Assembly: GCA_963748015.1 (NCBI GenBank)
Contig: CAVVHE010000009.1
Location: 384,001-448,000, forward strand
DNA: 64,000 nucleotides
Reading direction: 5' to 3'
Source: Terriglobia bacterium
Lineage (GTDB): Bacteria; Acidobacteriota; Polarisedimenticolia; Polarisedimenticolales; JAIQFR01
In this document: positions 19,722-28,063 of the stretch, piece after piece
Layout: each line of letters starts with the position of its first letter
Position numbering within the stretch: position 1 is the stretch's first letter
Made by a program: the position numbers and the translations under genes
Notes under the pieces: generated by a model
Seen by the model: the letters and a program-made list of their open reading frames with translations, nothing else
Told to the model about the DNA's origin: nothing
The model's database searches: none

Positions 19722-21272
19722 TCAGCGATCGCCCGGCGAATCGGAGCGCGTCGATCGAAGTCGAGAGTCGCCATCTCGACGCCTCGGGAGCGCCGCAAGG
19801 CCGCGGCCGGACTCGGTCCCCCCGCGGCACGCTTCGGCGTTGCGCGGCTTACGTCGCCGCGCCGCCTCGCTCCGGTTTTCGCGCGGCCGTCCATGGAAGA
19901 GACGGCCGCGCGAAAACAGGGCCGCGGGGGACCGAGTCCGGCCGCGGCCTTGCGGCGCGGGTGGTCTGGCGAGCTCTTGGTTCCGCGTCAGCAGCGCGCG
20001 GACGACGTGCACCGAGCAGCTGATGCAGGGGTCGTAGGCGCGGGCGACGATCTCGAGGCGGTGGCGGATCTCGGGGTCGAGGGCGCCCTTCGCGTCGCGC
20101 ACGGTGGCGCGCATCTGCTCCTCGACGTTGCGGAGGTTCTGGGCCGTCGGCGTGATGACGTCGGCCGCCAGGATCCGGCCTTGGTCGTCGAGGGTGTACG
20201 AGTGGTACAGGGTGCCCCGGGGGACCTCGGAGGCGGCCGCGCCGCTCGAGGCGCGCGGGCGGCAGGGGGCAGGCTCCTCGGGCGCGAGCCCTTCCTCGAT
20301 GAGCCGGTTCGTCAAGGCGAGCGCCTGCTCCGCCGAGTAGATCATCTCGACGGCCTGGGCGACGTTGTTCGCCACGATGTTGGTCGAGGGGAGGCGGAGG
20401 CCGACGCGGTCCCACGCTTCGCGCGCCAACCCGCCCACCAGCCCGCCGTGGAGGGTCAGGCGGGCGAGGGAACCCACCATGTACGACTCCCCGCTGTGAG
20501 CGCTGTGCTTGGCGTTGGAGTGGGGCGCGACGTGCTCGTTCGTCAGGGTGCGGTAATCCGCCACGGGGATGCGCTCCCCGGTCGAGAGCGCGATCTCGTC
20601 CCCGAAGAAGAGCGCGCCGTCCCGCGGCACCAGCGCCGCCACGCGGATCGGCTCGCTCACGAACTCGGGCATGCGGATGCCGGCCAGGACGTCCACCGCG
20701 CGCTTGCAGTCCTCGATTCCCGCCTCGAGGTCGCGCCGCAGGTCGAGCATCTCGTCCAGGGTGGGGAAGCGCCCGAGGCCGCCGAGGACGTGGTTCACCG
20801 GGTGAACCGCGCGTCCTCCCGTCACTTCCTGGATCGAGTTGCCGAGCTTCTTCAAACGCAGTGCCATCGCGACGACGTCGGGGGCCTCGGCGGCCAGGGT
20901 GACGACGCTCGGGTGGCCGAGCACGTCGGGCAGCGCGAGCACGAACACGTGGAGCGCGTGGCTCTCGATGTTCTGCCCCTGGAACGAGAGGTCCCGCAGC
21001 ATCCTGACCCGCGGCGAGACGGTGACGCCGAGCGCGTTCTCCAGGGCCATCAGCGCGGTGATCGTGTGGCCGTGGGAGCAGATCGCGCAGATGCGCGAGA
21101 CGATGGCCGGGATCTCGTCCATCGTCCGTCCGACGACGAGCCCCTCGAACAGCCGCAGCCCCTCGAAGATGTCGAACTCGAGCTGCCGGATCTCGGACCC
21201 CTCGAGGACGACCTTGATTCCGCCGTGCCCCTCGACCCTCGCCAGATGCTTGACTTCGATCGTTCGCGTCAT
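19722..21272 (-). CDS. hydA: Group 3b [NiFe]-hydrogenase (sulfhydrogenase) alpha/large subunit
   Basis: ARVEGHG, L1 RICAICSHGH, GGRAVHP, EVPRG.LYH, ITPT.QN, L2 DPCISCSVH. True stop is probably near 19988 (see findings). Confidence 0.93.
   Translation of the reverse strand: MTRTIEVKHLARVEGHGGIKVVLEGSEIRQLEFDIFEGLRLFEGLVVGRTMDEIPAIVSRICAICSHGHTITALMALENALGVTVSPRVRMLRDLSFQGQNIESHALHVFVLALPDVLGHPSVVTLAAEAPDVVAMALRLKKLGNSIQEVTGGRAVHPVNHVLGGLGRFPTLDEMLDLRRDLEAGIEDCKRAVDVLAGIRMPEFVSEPIRVAALVPRDGALFFGDEIALSTGERIPVADYRTLTNEHVAPHSNAKHSAHSGESYMVGSLARLTLHGGLVGGLAREAWDRVGLRLPSTNIVANNVAQAVEMIYSAEQALALTNRLIEEGLAPEEPAPCRPRASSGAAASEVPRGTLYHSYTLDDQGRILAADVITPTAQNLRNVEEQMRATVRDAKGALDPEIRHRLEIVARAYDPCISCSVHVVRALLTRNQELARPPAPQGRGRTRSPAALFSRGRLFHGRPRENRSEAARRRKPRNAEACRGGTESGRGLAALPRRRDGDSRLRSTRSDSPGDR
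19790..19958. repeat. MITE/REPIN-like element with about 39-bp terminal inverted repeats and an internal hairpin
   Basis: 19790-19828 GCGCCGCAAGGCCGCGGCCGGACTCGGTCCCCCCGCGGC is the reverse complement of 19921-19958 except for one base in the C/G run; internal perfect stem TTTTCGCGCGGCCGTC / GACGGCCGCGCGAAAA. Confidence 0.8.
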
Positions 21273-22033
21273 GCCGCACCTTCCCCACTCCGCCAGTCGA
21301 TCGCCGGAGCCGCGAAGGTCCGGAGCTTGTCTCGAATGGCCTCGTCGCCCAGCCCCTTCTCGATGAGCACCTCGCGCAGCGATTCCAGGTTGGCCTCGAT
21401 CACCGGCCCGCGGCAGCCGATGCACGGCACGTTGAAGCCGGGGCAGCGGGCCCCGCACCCCGCGGCGGAGACCGGCCCGGCGCAAGGCAGCCCCCGGGAG
21501 ATCAGCAGGCAGTCCTTCTCGAGCATCTTGCACTCGTGGCACACCGGCGTCGCGGGGGCGATCGGAACGTCGCCGAGGAGGAGCGACGACACCGCCTTCA
21601 CGAACTCGTCCTTCTCGATCGGACAGCCGACGAGGTTGAAATCCACCTTCACGTAATCCGAGAGCGGCCGGTGCGGGTGGGCGTCGAACCCCGCCCCGTC
21701 CTTCCCGTACACGGCCTGGACCAGCGCGCTCCTCGACATGCGGGCGTCCATGCCGGCGATCCCGCCGAAACAGGCGCAGCTGCCGCACGCGACGAGGAGC
21801 TTCGACCGCTCGCGGATGCGCATGAGCGCCCGCTCCTCCCGGTCGCTGCCCACCGAGCCCTCCACCAGGGCGAGATCGAGCGGCGACTCCTCGTCGTTCA
21901 CGGAGGAGCCGCCGAGGAAATCCACGATCTCGAGGGCTCCGACGATCCGCAGCAGCTGGTCCTCGCAGTTGAGGATGACGATCTGCTCGCCCCAGCAGCC
22001 GCTCAGTCCGAAGATACCGATTCGGGGCTTCAT
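21269..22033 (-). CDS. hydD: Group 3b [NiFe]-hydrogenase delta/small subunit
   Basis: VEGSV, GSCACFGG, GCP, VCHECK...CL...C.GPV..AGCGARCP....CIGCRG; ATGA overlap with hydA. Confidence 0.92.
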   Translation of the reverse strand: MKPRIGIFGLSGCWGEQIVILNCEDQLLRIVGALEIVDFLGGSSVNDEESPLDLALVEGSVGSDREERALMRIRERSKLLVACGSCACFGGIAGMDARMSRSALVQAVYGKDGAGFDAHPHRPLSDYVKVDFNLVGCPIEKDEFVKAVSSLLLGDVPIAPATPVCHECKMLEKDCLLISRGLPCAGPVSAAGCGARCPGFNVPCIGCRGPVIEANLESLREVLIEKGLGDEAIRDKLRTFAAPAIDWRSGEGAA

Positions 22034-22047
22034 GGTGGCCTCGCAGG

Positions 22048-22915
22048 TCAAACGATTTCGGGGAGGTTGATGGCGTCCCAGTAGGTGAACACCGGTCCGT
22101 GGATGCAGGTGTACTTGTAGCCGACGCTGCAGTGGCCGCACTTACCCACGCCGCACTTCATCCGGCGCTCGAGACTCATGAGGATGCGCGACTTGGAGAA
22201 GTTCTGCCGGAGCAGCTCGGCGAGGACGAACTTGTAGACCACGGGTGGGCCGACGACCGCCGCGTAGGTCCTCTCGGGGTCGAGCTTGACCTTCTCGAAG
22301 AGGGTGGGGAGGAGGCCGACGTGCTGCTTCCAGCCGCCCGTCGGGTCCCGGTCCACCGTCAGGAGCACGTTGACGTCCTCGACGTCGGCGAGCGAGACCA
22401 GCTCGTCGCGATAGAGCATGTCGTCGGGGGTCCGCGCCCCGTACATCAGGGTGACCTGGCCGAATTTCTCCCGGTGGTCGAGGGCGTACCAGAGAAGGGA
22501 GCGCAGCGGGGCCATGCCGAGGCCGCCTGCGATGATCAGCAGGTCGTTCCCTTCCATCTCCTCGACGGGGAAGCCGTTGCCGTACGGCCCGCGAATTCCG
22601 ACGAGCGCGTTCGTGGGCATGCGGTAGAGCGCGCCGGTCACGCGCCCCGCCTTCCGCACGCACAGCTCGAGGATCCCCCCGCGCGTCGGCGAGGAGGAGA
22701 TCGAGATCGGCGCCTCGCCGGTGCCGATGACGCTCAGCTGCACGAACTGCCCTGGGCGGTGGCTCCACGCCTCGGCCACCGCGGGGTCCACGAACCGGAG
22801 CTGGAAGAGGTGGTTGTCGCGGCACCATCCTGTGGATGCGGACGATCCGCGCCAGCTCGGGCTTGTACGGGTTCTCGGCGTCCCTAGGCAGTGGCTTCTG
22901 CGCGACCGCTTCCAT
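22048..22915 (-). CDS. hydG: Group 3b hydrogenase gamma subunit (FAD/NAD(P)-binding, 2Fe-2S); one frameshift
   Basis: PGQF, GEAPISISS, RGPYGNGFP, AGGLGMAPLR, ERRMKCGVGKCGHC..C..GPVF; the N-terminus (MEAVAQ..NPY.P) is out of frame by one extra base near 22820. Confidence 0.9.
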
Positions 22916-23936
22916 CTTTCTCACCTCGCAGCTTCTCGATGACGCTGACGATGTCGATCTTCGCGGGGCAGCCGGCGATGCACCGGCCGCAGCCGACGCA
23001 GCTCGGCCGGCCGTACTCGGCCACGAAACCCCGCTGCTTGTGGTAGTAGCGGAACTTGATGCGCGACGAGCGGTGCTCCCTGAAGTTCTCGCCCCCCGCG
23101 ACCAGGGCGTGGGTCTCGAAGAGGCAGGAGTCCCAGGAGCGGCTCCGGCTGCCCGAGCGGCTTCCCAGGTCCGTCTCGTCGCTCACGTCGAAGCAGTAGC
23201 AGGTGGGGCAGACCATGCTGCACGAGCCGCACGAGAGGCACTTCCGGCCGAGGTCGTCCCACACCGGGCTCGCGTACTCCATCTCGAGGATCTCGGGAAG
23301 GTCGCCGAGCTCGATGCGCGTCCGGTAGGCCGACTGGCGCGCGCTGGACCGCCTCTTGTATTCCGAGAAATCCGCGGCCGTCGGCTCCTCGAGGAGGCAG
23401 CCGCTCTGCAGCGTCATGTCGTCGCCGCGGCTCGAGCCGACGAGGACCAGGTAGTCCTCGCCGAGGTCGCTCAGGAAGAGGTCGAATCCGCTGTCCACGA
23501 AGTCCGCGTTCATGGAGCGGGCGAAGTGCATGTCGTCCGGCTCGAAGTCGATGCCGATGATCGCGGTGTGCTTCCTCCGCGTGACGAAGTAAGGGTCGGC
23601 GTACTTCCCGCCGGAGAAGACCCGGTCGAGGATGTTCAGCCCGAAGACGTCGTAGGCGTGGACGCCGAGCACCACGGTGGGCCGCTTCGCCTCCTCGAGG
23701 AGGTCGCGGAAGCCGTCCCGCTCGTCGAAGGCGAGCATCCGCTCCCGGGGAGGCAGGAGGAACTTCTTGGGCGGGAGGATCGTCCGCGGGTAGGAGAGAA
23801 CGACGTCCGACCAGCGCTGCGGGCGCTCGAAGGCGAACCCTCCGCCCCGCCGGACCGGCGCGTAAACGTCGCCGAACGCCGGGAGCACGGCGGTGAAGAG
23901 GTCCATCTCACGCTTGGCGATCTTCAGGATCTTCAT
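22884..23936 (-). CDS. hydB: Group 3b hydrogenase beta subunit (4Fe-4S dicluster)
   Basis: PPKKFLLP, DPYF..RR, CLSCGSCSMVCPTCYCF, R.WDSC, CVGCGRCIAGCP. Confidence 0.92.
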   Translation of the reverse strand: MKILKIAKREMDLFTAVLPAFGDVYAPVRRGGGFAFERPQRWSDVVLSYPRTILPPKKFLLPPRERMLAFDERDGFRDLLEEAKRPTVVLGVHAYDVFGLNILDRVFSGGKYADPYFVTRRKHTAIIGIDFEPDDMHFARSMNADFVDSGFDLFLSDLGEDYLVLVGSSRGDDMTLQSGCLLEEPTAADFSEYKRRSSARQSAYRTRIELGDLPEILEMEYASPVWDDLGRKCLSCGSCSMVCPTCYCFDVSDETDLGSRSGSRSRSWDSCLFETHALVAGGENFREHRSSRIKFRYYHKQRGFVAEYGRPSCVGCGRCIAGCPAKIDIVSVIEKLRGEKDGSGRAEATA

Positions 23937-23946
23937 GGGTGGCTCC

Positions 23947-24345
23947 TCACTGCCGGGGGAGGGAGGTCAGGCGCGCGACCTCGGCGAGCAGCGTCGCCGG
24001 ATCGATCGGCTTCGGCAGGAACTGGTCCGCCGGGAGCCATCCGGCCTTGGGGTTCACCCGAAACCGCGGGAACTCGGTGTACACCGACGAGGCGACGACG
24101 ATCGGCGTGTGCGCCAGGGAGGGAACGCCCCGCATGGTCTGGAGCGTGAAGAACCCCTCCGTGCGCTCGGTCATCATCACGTCGAGGAGGATGAGGTCCG
24201 GCCGCAGCTTCTTGGCCATGTCGAGACCCTCGGTCCCGTTGGCCGCCCGGCTCACCTCGTAGCCCGACGCCGTGAGGAGCGCCGAGATCGCCTCGACGTA
24301 GTCCCTGTCGTCGTCAATGATCAGCACCTTCTTCTTGTCGCTCAT
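23947..24345 (-). CDS. Single-domain response regulator
   Basis: LIIDDD, LLDVMM, LPKP receiver motifs. Confidence 0.9.
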   Translation of the reverse strand: MSDKKKVLIIDDDRDYVEAISALLTASGYEVSRAANGTEGLDMAKKLRPDLILLDVMMTERTEGFFTLQTMRGVPSLAHTPIVVASSVYTEFPRFRVNPKAGWLPADQFLPKPIDPATLLAEVARLTSLPRQ

Positions 24346-24351
24346 CGGTCC

Positions 24352-25524
24352 TCACTCGGGCTCTTTCGCCGAGCCGCTCGGCCGGGACGTCCCGCTCGTA
24401 CGGTGTACGGGAAGGTCCACCGTGAAGGTCGTCCCCGTACCTTCACGGCTGTTCACGGCGATCTTCCCGTCAAGCTCCGACGCGATTTTCTTGCAGATGG
24501 CGAGGCCGAGCCCCGTGCCCGGGATGTTCTCCGTGGCCGTGCTCTTCACGCGGTAGAACTCCTCGAACAGGCGCTCGAGGGAGGCGCTCGACATGCCGAT
24601 GCCGGTGTCCTCCACCTCGACCGCCACGGTGTCGCCGCGCGCCGACAACCGCAGGGCGACCCTCCCGCCGGGACGGTTGTACTTGATGGCGTTCCCGACG
24701 AGGTTCGCGAGCAGCATGCCGAGGCTACCCGCGTCGCCGCGCACCGCGGGAAGCTCCCCCTGGCTCTCGATCCCGACCGAGACGCCCGCCTTCTCCGCGG
24801 CCACGGCGTGGGCCTGCACGACGCCCCGCGCCACCTCGCGGAGGTCCGTCGCCGCGTCCCGGTTCGCGAGCTGGCCGTGCTCGAGCCTCGAGAGGTCGAG
24901 CCAGTCCTGGACGATCGCCAGCATCTCGCCGAGGCGGAGCTGGGACCTCTTGATCCACTCGCGGGCCCGCTCCGGCATCTCGTCGGGCGACATGTACATC
25001 ATCACGTCGAGGTACTGCTTGACCGCGACGACGGGCGTCTTGAGCTGATGGGAGACGAAGGTCACGAACCGCCGCTGGACCTCTTCCTTCTCGCGGCGTA
25101 GCCGCTCCGAGTCCCTTGCGAGGCGCCACCGCTCGAAACCGCGGTTCATGATCAGGGCGAACTCGTCGCACGTGAACGGCTTCGGGAGGAAGTCGTAGGC
25201 TCCCGCCTTCATCGCGTCCACCGCCGTGGCGATCGTGGCGTAGCCGGTGATCACCACGATCACCATCGAGGGATCGATCTGCCGGACGCGCCGGATGACC
25301 TCCATGCCGTCGATCTTCGGCATCTTGAGGTCCACGAAGAGAAGGGCGGCCGGGGCCTCCTTGATCCTCCGGATCCCGTCCTCTCCGCTCGCGAAGGTCT
25401 CGACCTTGAAGCCGGCCCGGGTCAGGATCTCGCTGCACGACAGGAGCATGATCTCGTCGTCGTCGATGACGACCACGCGCTCCCGCGCCTCGACCCTCGG
25501 GCTCTCGATCACCCCGGTGGCCAT
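24352..25524 (-). CDS. Cytoplasmic hybrid receiver-histidine kinase
   Basis: N-terminal receiver (VIDDD, VDLKMP, FLPKPF), then SHQLKTP, NAIKYN, DTGIG, GTGLGL. Confidence 0.92.
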   Translation of the reverse strand: MATGVIESPRVEARERVVVIDDDEIMLLSCSEILTRAGFKVETFASGEDGIRRIKEAPAALLFVDLKMPKIDGMEVIRRVRQIDPSMVIVVITGYATIATAVDAMKAGAYDFLPKPFTCDEFALIMNRGFERWRLARDSERLRREKEEVQRRFVTFVSHQLKTPVVAVKQYLDVMMYMSPDEMPERAREWIKRSQLRLGEMLAIVQDWLDLSRLEHGQLANRDAATDLREVARGVVQAHAVAAEKAGVSVGIESQGELPAVRGDAGSLGMLLANLVGNAIKYNRPGGRVALRLSARGDTVAVEVEDTGIGMSSASLERLFEEFYRVKSTATENIPGTGLGLAICKKIASELDGKIAVNSREGTGTTFTVDLPVHRTSGTSRPSGSAKEPE

Positions 25525-25530
25525 CGCGCG

Positions 25531-26349
25531 CTATCCGACCCGCACCGGCTGGGCGAGGAGCCGCCTCACGTGCTCGAGGAACTCGGGTATGTCGAGGGGC
25601 TTGGTGAGGTAGTCGTCCGGGGTGATCAGCGCGGCCTCCGCGGCTCCCGGGAACGCCTCCTGGGGCGGCTGCGCGATGGAGGAGACCATCAGGATCGGCA
25701 CCGAGCCTGCGACGCCGTGCTTGTCGCCGAACTTCACGGCCTGGTTCAGGCCGTAGCCGGCGAAGGCGTCTTCCATCATGATGTCGAGCACGATGAGGTC
25801 GGGCCGTTCGGTCTCGAGGTAGGCGAGACCGTCCTTCGCACTGGCGGCGCAGTGGACGGCGTACCCCTCGCGCTCGAGGAGTGCTATGACCGACGCGCGG
25901 TAGTCCTCGTCGTCGTCCACGACGAGCACCCGCTTCCGGGTCCTGCACGTGCTCGCGCTGGGTTTCTTGCGCCCGATCGAGCGGAGGGCGTCCTCGATCA
26001 CGGTCTGGAGCTCGTCCGGCGTCACGGGGTGGATCGCGAGGTAGAAGACCCCGGACTCGCGGATGCTCCGCGCGAGGTCCACCGAGAGACTCTCGGCCAC
26101 TGCGACCAGCGGGGTGGAAGGAGCGCCGTGACGGCAGGCGCTCAGGACCTTCAACCCCCACTGAAGGTCGGGGGCGAGGTCCACGACCACCACGTTGATG
26201 CCCGCCTTCGCCTCCGCCGCGGCGCGCTCCGGCGGGACGAACGGCCCGAGCACCTCGAAGACGAAGCCCTCGGCGCCCAGGCGGGCCATCACGTCCTTCC
26301 AAGGATCATCGGATCGGGCGACGAGGAGGATGCGGGCTGCTTCGTTCAT
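25531..26349 (-). CDS. Tandem receiver-domain protein (first domain degenerate)
   Basis: C-terminal canonical receiver (VVDDDED, VLDIMM, YLTKP); N-terminal receiver-like part lacks the acidic pocket. Confidence 0.8.
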   Translation of the reverse strand: MNEAARILLVARSDDPWKDVMARLGAEGFVFEVLGPFVPPERAAAEAKAGINVVVVDLAPDLQWGLKVLSACRHGAPSTPLVAVAESLSVDLARSIRESGVFYLAIHPVTPDELQTVIEDALRSIGRKKPSASTCRTRKRVLVVDDDEDYRASVIALLEREGYAVHCAASAKDGLAYLETERPDLIVLDIMMEDAFAGYGLNQAVKFGDKHGVAGSVPILMVSSIAQPPQEAFPGAAEAALITPDDYLTKPLDIPEFLEHVRRLLAQPVRVG

Positions 26350-26381
26350 GGCTTACCCCCGTCTTGTTCTCCCTGAGAACA

Positions 26382-26397
26382 AGCACGAGGCGTGCCC
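26382..26397 (-). promoter_or_regulatory. Sigma-54 (-24/-12) promoter for the signalling/hydrogenase operon
   Basis: Minus strand GGGCACGCCTCGTGCT has GG-N10-GC spacing and the GGCACG core, about 33 bp upstream of the first ATG (26349). Confidence 0.75.
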
Positions 26398-26470
26398 GAA
26401 GGCCGCCGCGCCGGAAAGTGCTGTCGTTCCGGGGAGAACGGCCGATGCTGGGGCCGTCAGGCGGGCGCGG

Positions 26471-26567
26471 TGAATGAAGATCTCATACAGGGCGCCCCGC
26501 GGGAGCGTTCGAACGGGAGACTCCCCCGCGGGCGAGCGTCAGGGACGCCGTATCGGATTCCAATACA
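26471..26567. promoter_or_regulatory. Two candidate enhancer (UAS) boxes, TGTAT-N9-ATACA-like
   Basis: TGAAT-GAAGATCTC-ATACA (26471-26489) and CGTAT-CGGATTCCA-ATACA (26549-26567), AT-rich boxes about 75-170 bp upstream of the -24 box. Confidence 0.6.
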
Positions 26568-26591
26568 GTGTGTGCGACCGTCATCCAGGAA

Positions 26592-27542
26592 TCAGGCCCG
26601 GAACGGTTCCCCCGGGCCCCGCGCGAGCACGCGGAAGAGCCTCACGCAGGTCTCGATCGTCCCGATGACAAGCGGGACGGCGAGAACGCTCTTCGCCGCG
26701 ACGTCGAACAGGAAGACCTGCGGACCGAGCATGATGACGAGCAGGACCACGATGCCCAGCACGCCAACGGCCAGCTCGGCCCAGCGCGTGCTCCGCCGCC
26801 AGCGCCCGTGGCGCAGGACGACGAGGTTGAGGACGAACGCCGCCGCCCACCAGAGGTTCAGGAGAGGGAGGTGCACGGAAAACGACGGAAGCAGGACGGG
26901 AAGCCCGCTCCACCGGCCGTCGCTGAAACTCCAGAACCCGACCCACTGCGGAAAGAAGTTGAAGAGAATCACGAGGGCGACGATCGCGTACGTCGAGAAC
27001 ACCTTGTTCACGACCGAGATGCGGTCGCGGTCGCTCACGGGCGGAAGCGCGGCCGGATCCCATTCCTTCCCCGCCGTTTCCTTCCTCGACTGGACGCGCT
27101 CCACCACGGCGAAGATCAGCGTCAGCAAGCCCAGGTTGAAGAGCGCCCCGTGAAAGACGCGCCCGCCCGCGTGGAACACCGCGATAGCGGCCGAGGCGCC
27201 GCCCCCGCGGGCCGCCGCGACGAGCCTCGCGATCGCCGTCACGGCGAAGACGACCAGAATCGCGATCCCCGCGATCTTGAGGGTGAGCAGGTACGCGGGG
27301 AACAGGCGCGGACCGATGAGGTACCGCGGCTCGCCCGTGTAGCGCGCCGCTACCTCCTGCGGCGGACCGAACTCCCGCAGCACCTGCGCGGCGAGCTCGG
27401 CGTCCGCCGGGCGCCCCGCGACCCGTGCGCGCTCGTCGAGCGCTTCGCCGAGGAGCGAGCGCAGCTCGGCCTCGACGTCGGCGCGCATCCGCCGGGGAAA
27501 CCGGTGTCCCACGTCCTGCACGTAGCGTTCGACGAGATCCAT
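26592..27542 (-). CDS. HAAS-domain membrane protein
   Basis: N-terminal ERYV..V...P...R.DVE.ELRS....VL.EFG.P..VA.RY followed by TM helices; downstream of PadR. Confidence 0.8.
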   Translation of the reverse strand: MDLVERYVQDVGHRFPRRMRADVEAELRSLLGEALDERARVAGRPADAELAAQVLREFGPPQEVAARYTGEPRYLIGPRLFPAYLLTLKIAGIAILVVFAVTAIARLVAAARGGGASAAIAVFHAGGRVFHGALFNLGLLTLIFAVVERVQSRKETAGKEWDPAALPPVSDRDRISVVNKVFSTYAIVALVILFNFFPQWVGFWSFSDGRWSGLPVLLPSFSVHLPLLNLWWAAAFVLNLVVLRHGRWRRSTRWAELAVGVLGIVVLLVIMLGPQVFLFDVAAKSVLAVPLVIGTIETCVRLFRVLARGPGEPFRA

Positions 27543-27558
27543 CTTCGCGTCTCCTTCC

Positions 27559-27900
27559 TCAGCCGATCAGCCGCCCGATGACTTCCGCCAGCGCGCGCCA
27601 CTCCGCGGCGAGCTCCCGCTCGAGCGCTTCCCCCTGCGGGCTGATCCGGTAGTACCGGCGCGGCCGCCCGTCCTCGACCCGCCACCGGCTTCGCAGGAGT
27701 CCCTGGGCTTCCAGCCGGCGCAGCAGGGGGTAGAGCGTCCCCTCGTCGATCTCGAGGCCCTTGTCCACGAGGAGCTTCTTGAGCGAGTAGCCGTACTCCT
27801 CGCCGTGGAGCTGGGTCAGGACCGCCAGCACCAGCGCTCCTCGCCGCAGCTCCAGCGACAGGCTGTCTCGAGTCGAAGACTGTGTCCTACCTATTACCAT
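27559..27900 (-). CDS. PadR-family transcriptional regulator
   Basis: ELRRG.L.LAVL, YGY, EGTLYPLLRRLE.QG, RPRRYY.I. Confidence 0.93.
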   Translation of the reverse strand: MVIGRTQSSTRDSLSLELRRGALVLAVLTQLHGEEYGYSLKKLLVDKGLEIDEGTLYPLLRRLEAQGLLRSRWRVEDGRPRRYYRISPQGEALERELAAEWRALAEVIGRLIG

Positions 27901-27907
27901 GTCTCAT

Positions 27908-27936
27908 ACTATATTGTGTACTGCATGGTATGTCAA
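27908..27936 (-). promoter_or_regulatory. Sigma-70 promoter of padR
   Basis: Minus strand TTGACA (27936-27931), 17-bp spacer, TATAGT (27913-27908), 7 nt before the ATG at 27900. Confidence 0.8.
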
Positions 27937-28063
27937 GAAAAAGAACGACCCGGGCGGAGCGACGAAGCACGGATCGGGGGAGCCGGAGGGCCGGAAGGGC
28001 GTCATGCGGCCCGGGACGGCGCGCGCGGAGCGCGCCGACTCGAGCCGACCGTTTCCGGGGAGA

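Noticed and set aside
20007..20040. [NiFeSe] hydrogenase
   Set aside because: Both L2 cysteines are TGC codons; no in-frame TGA.
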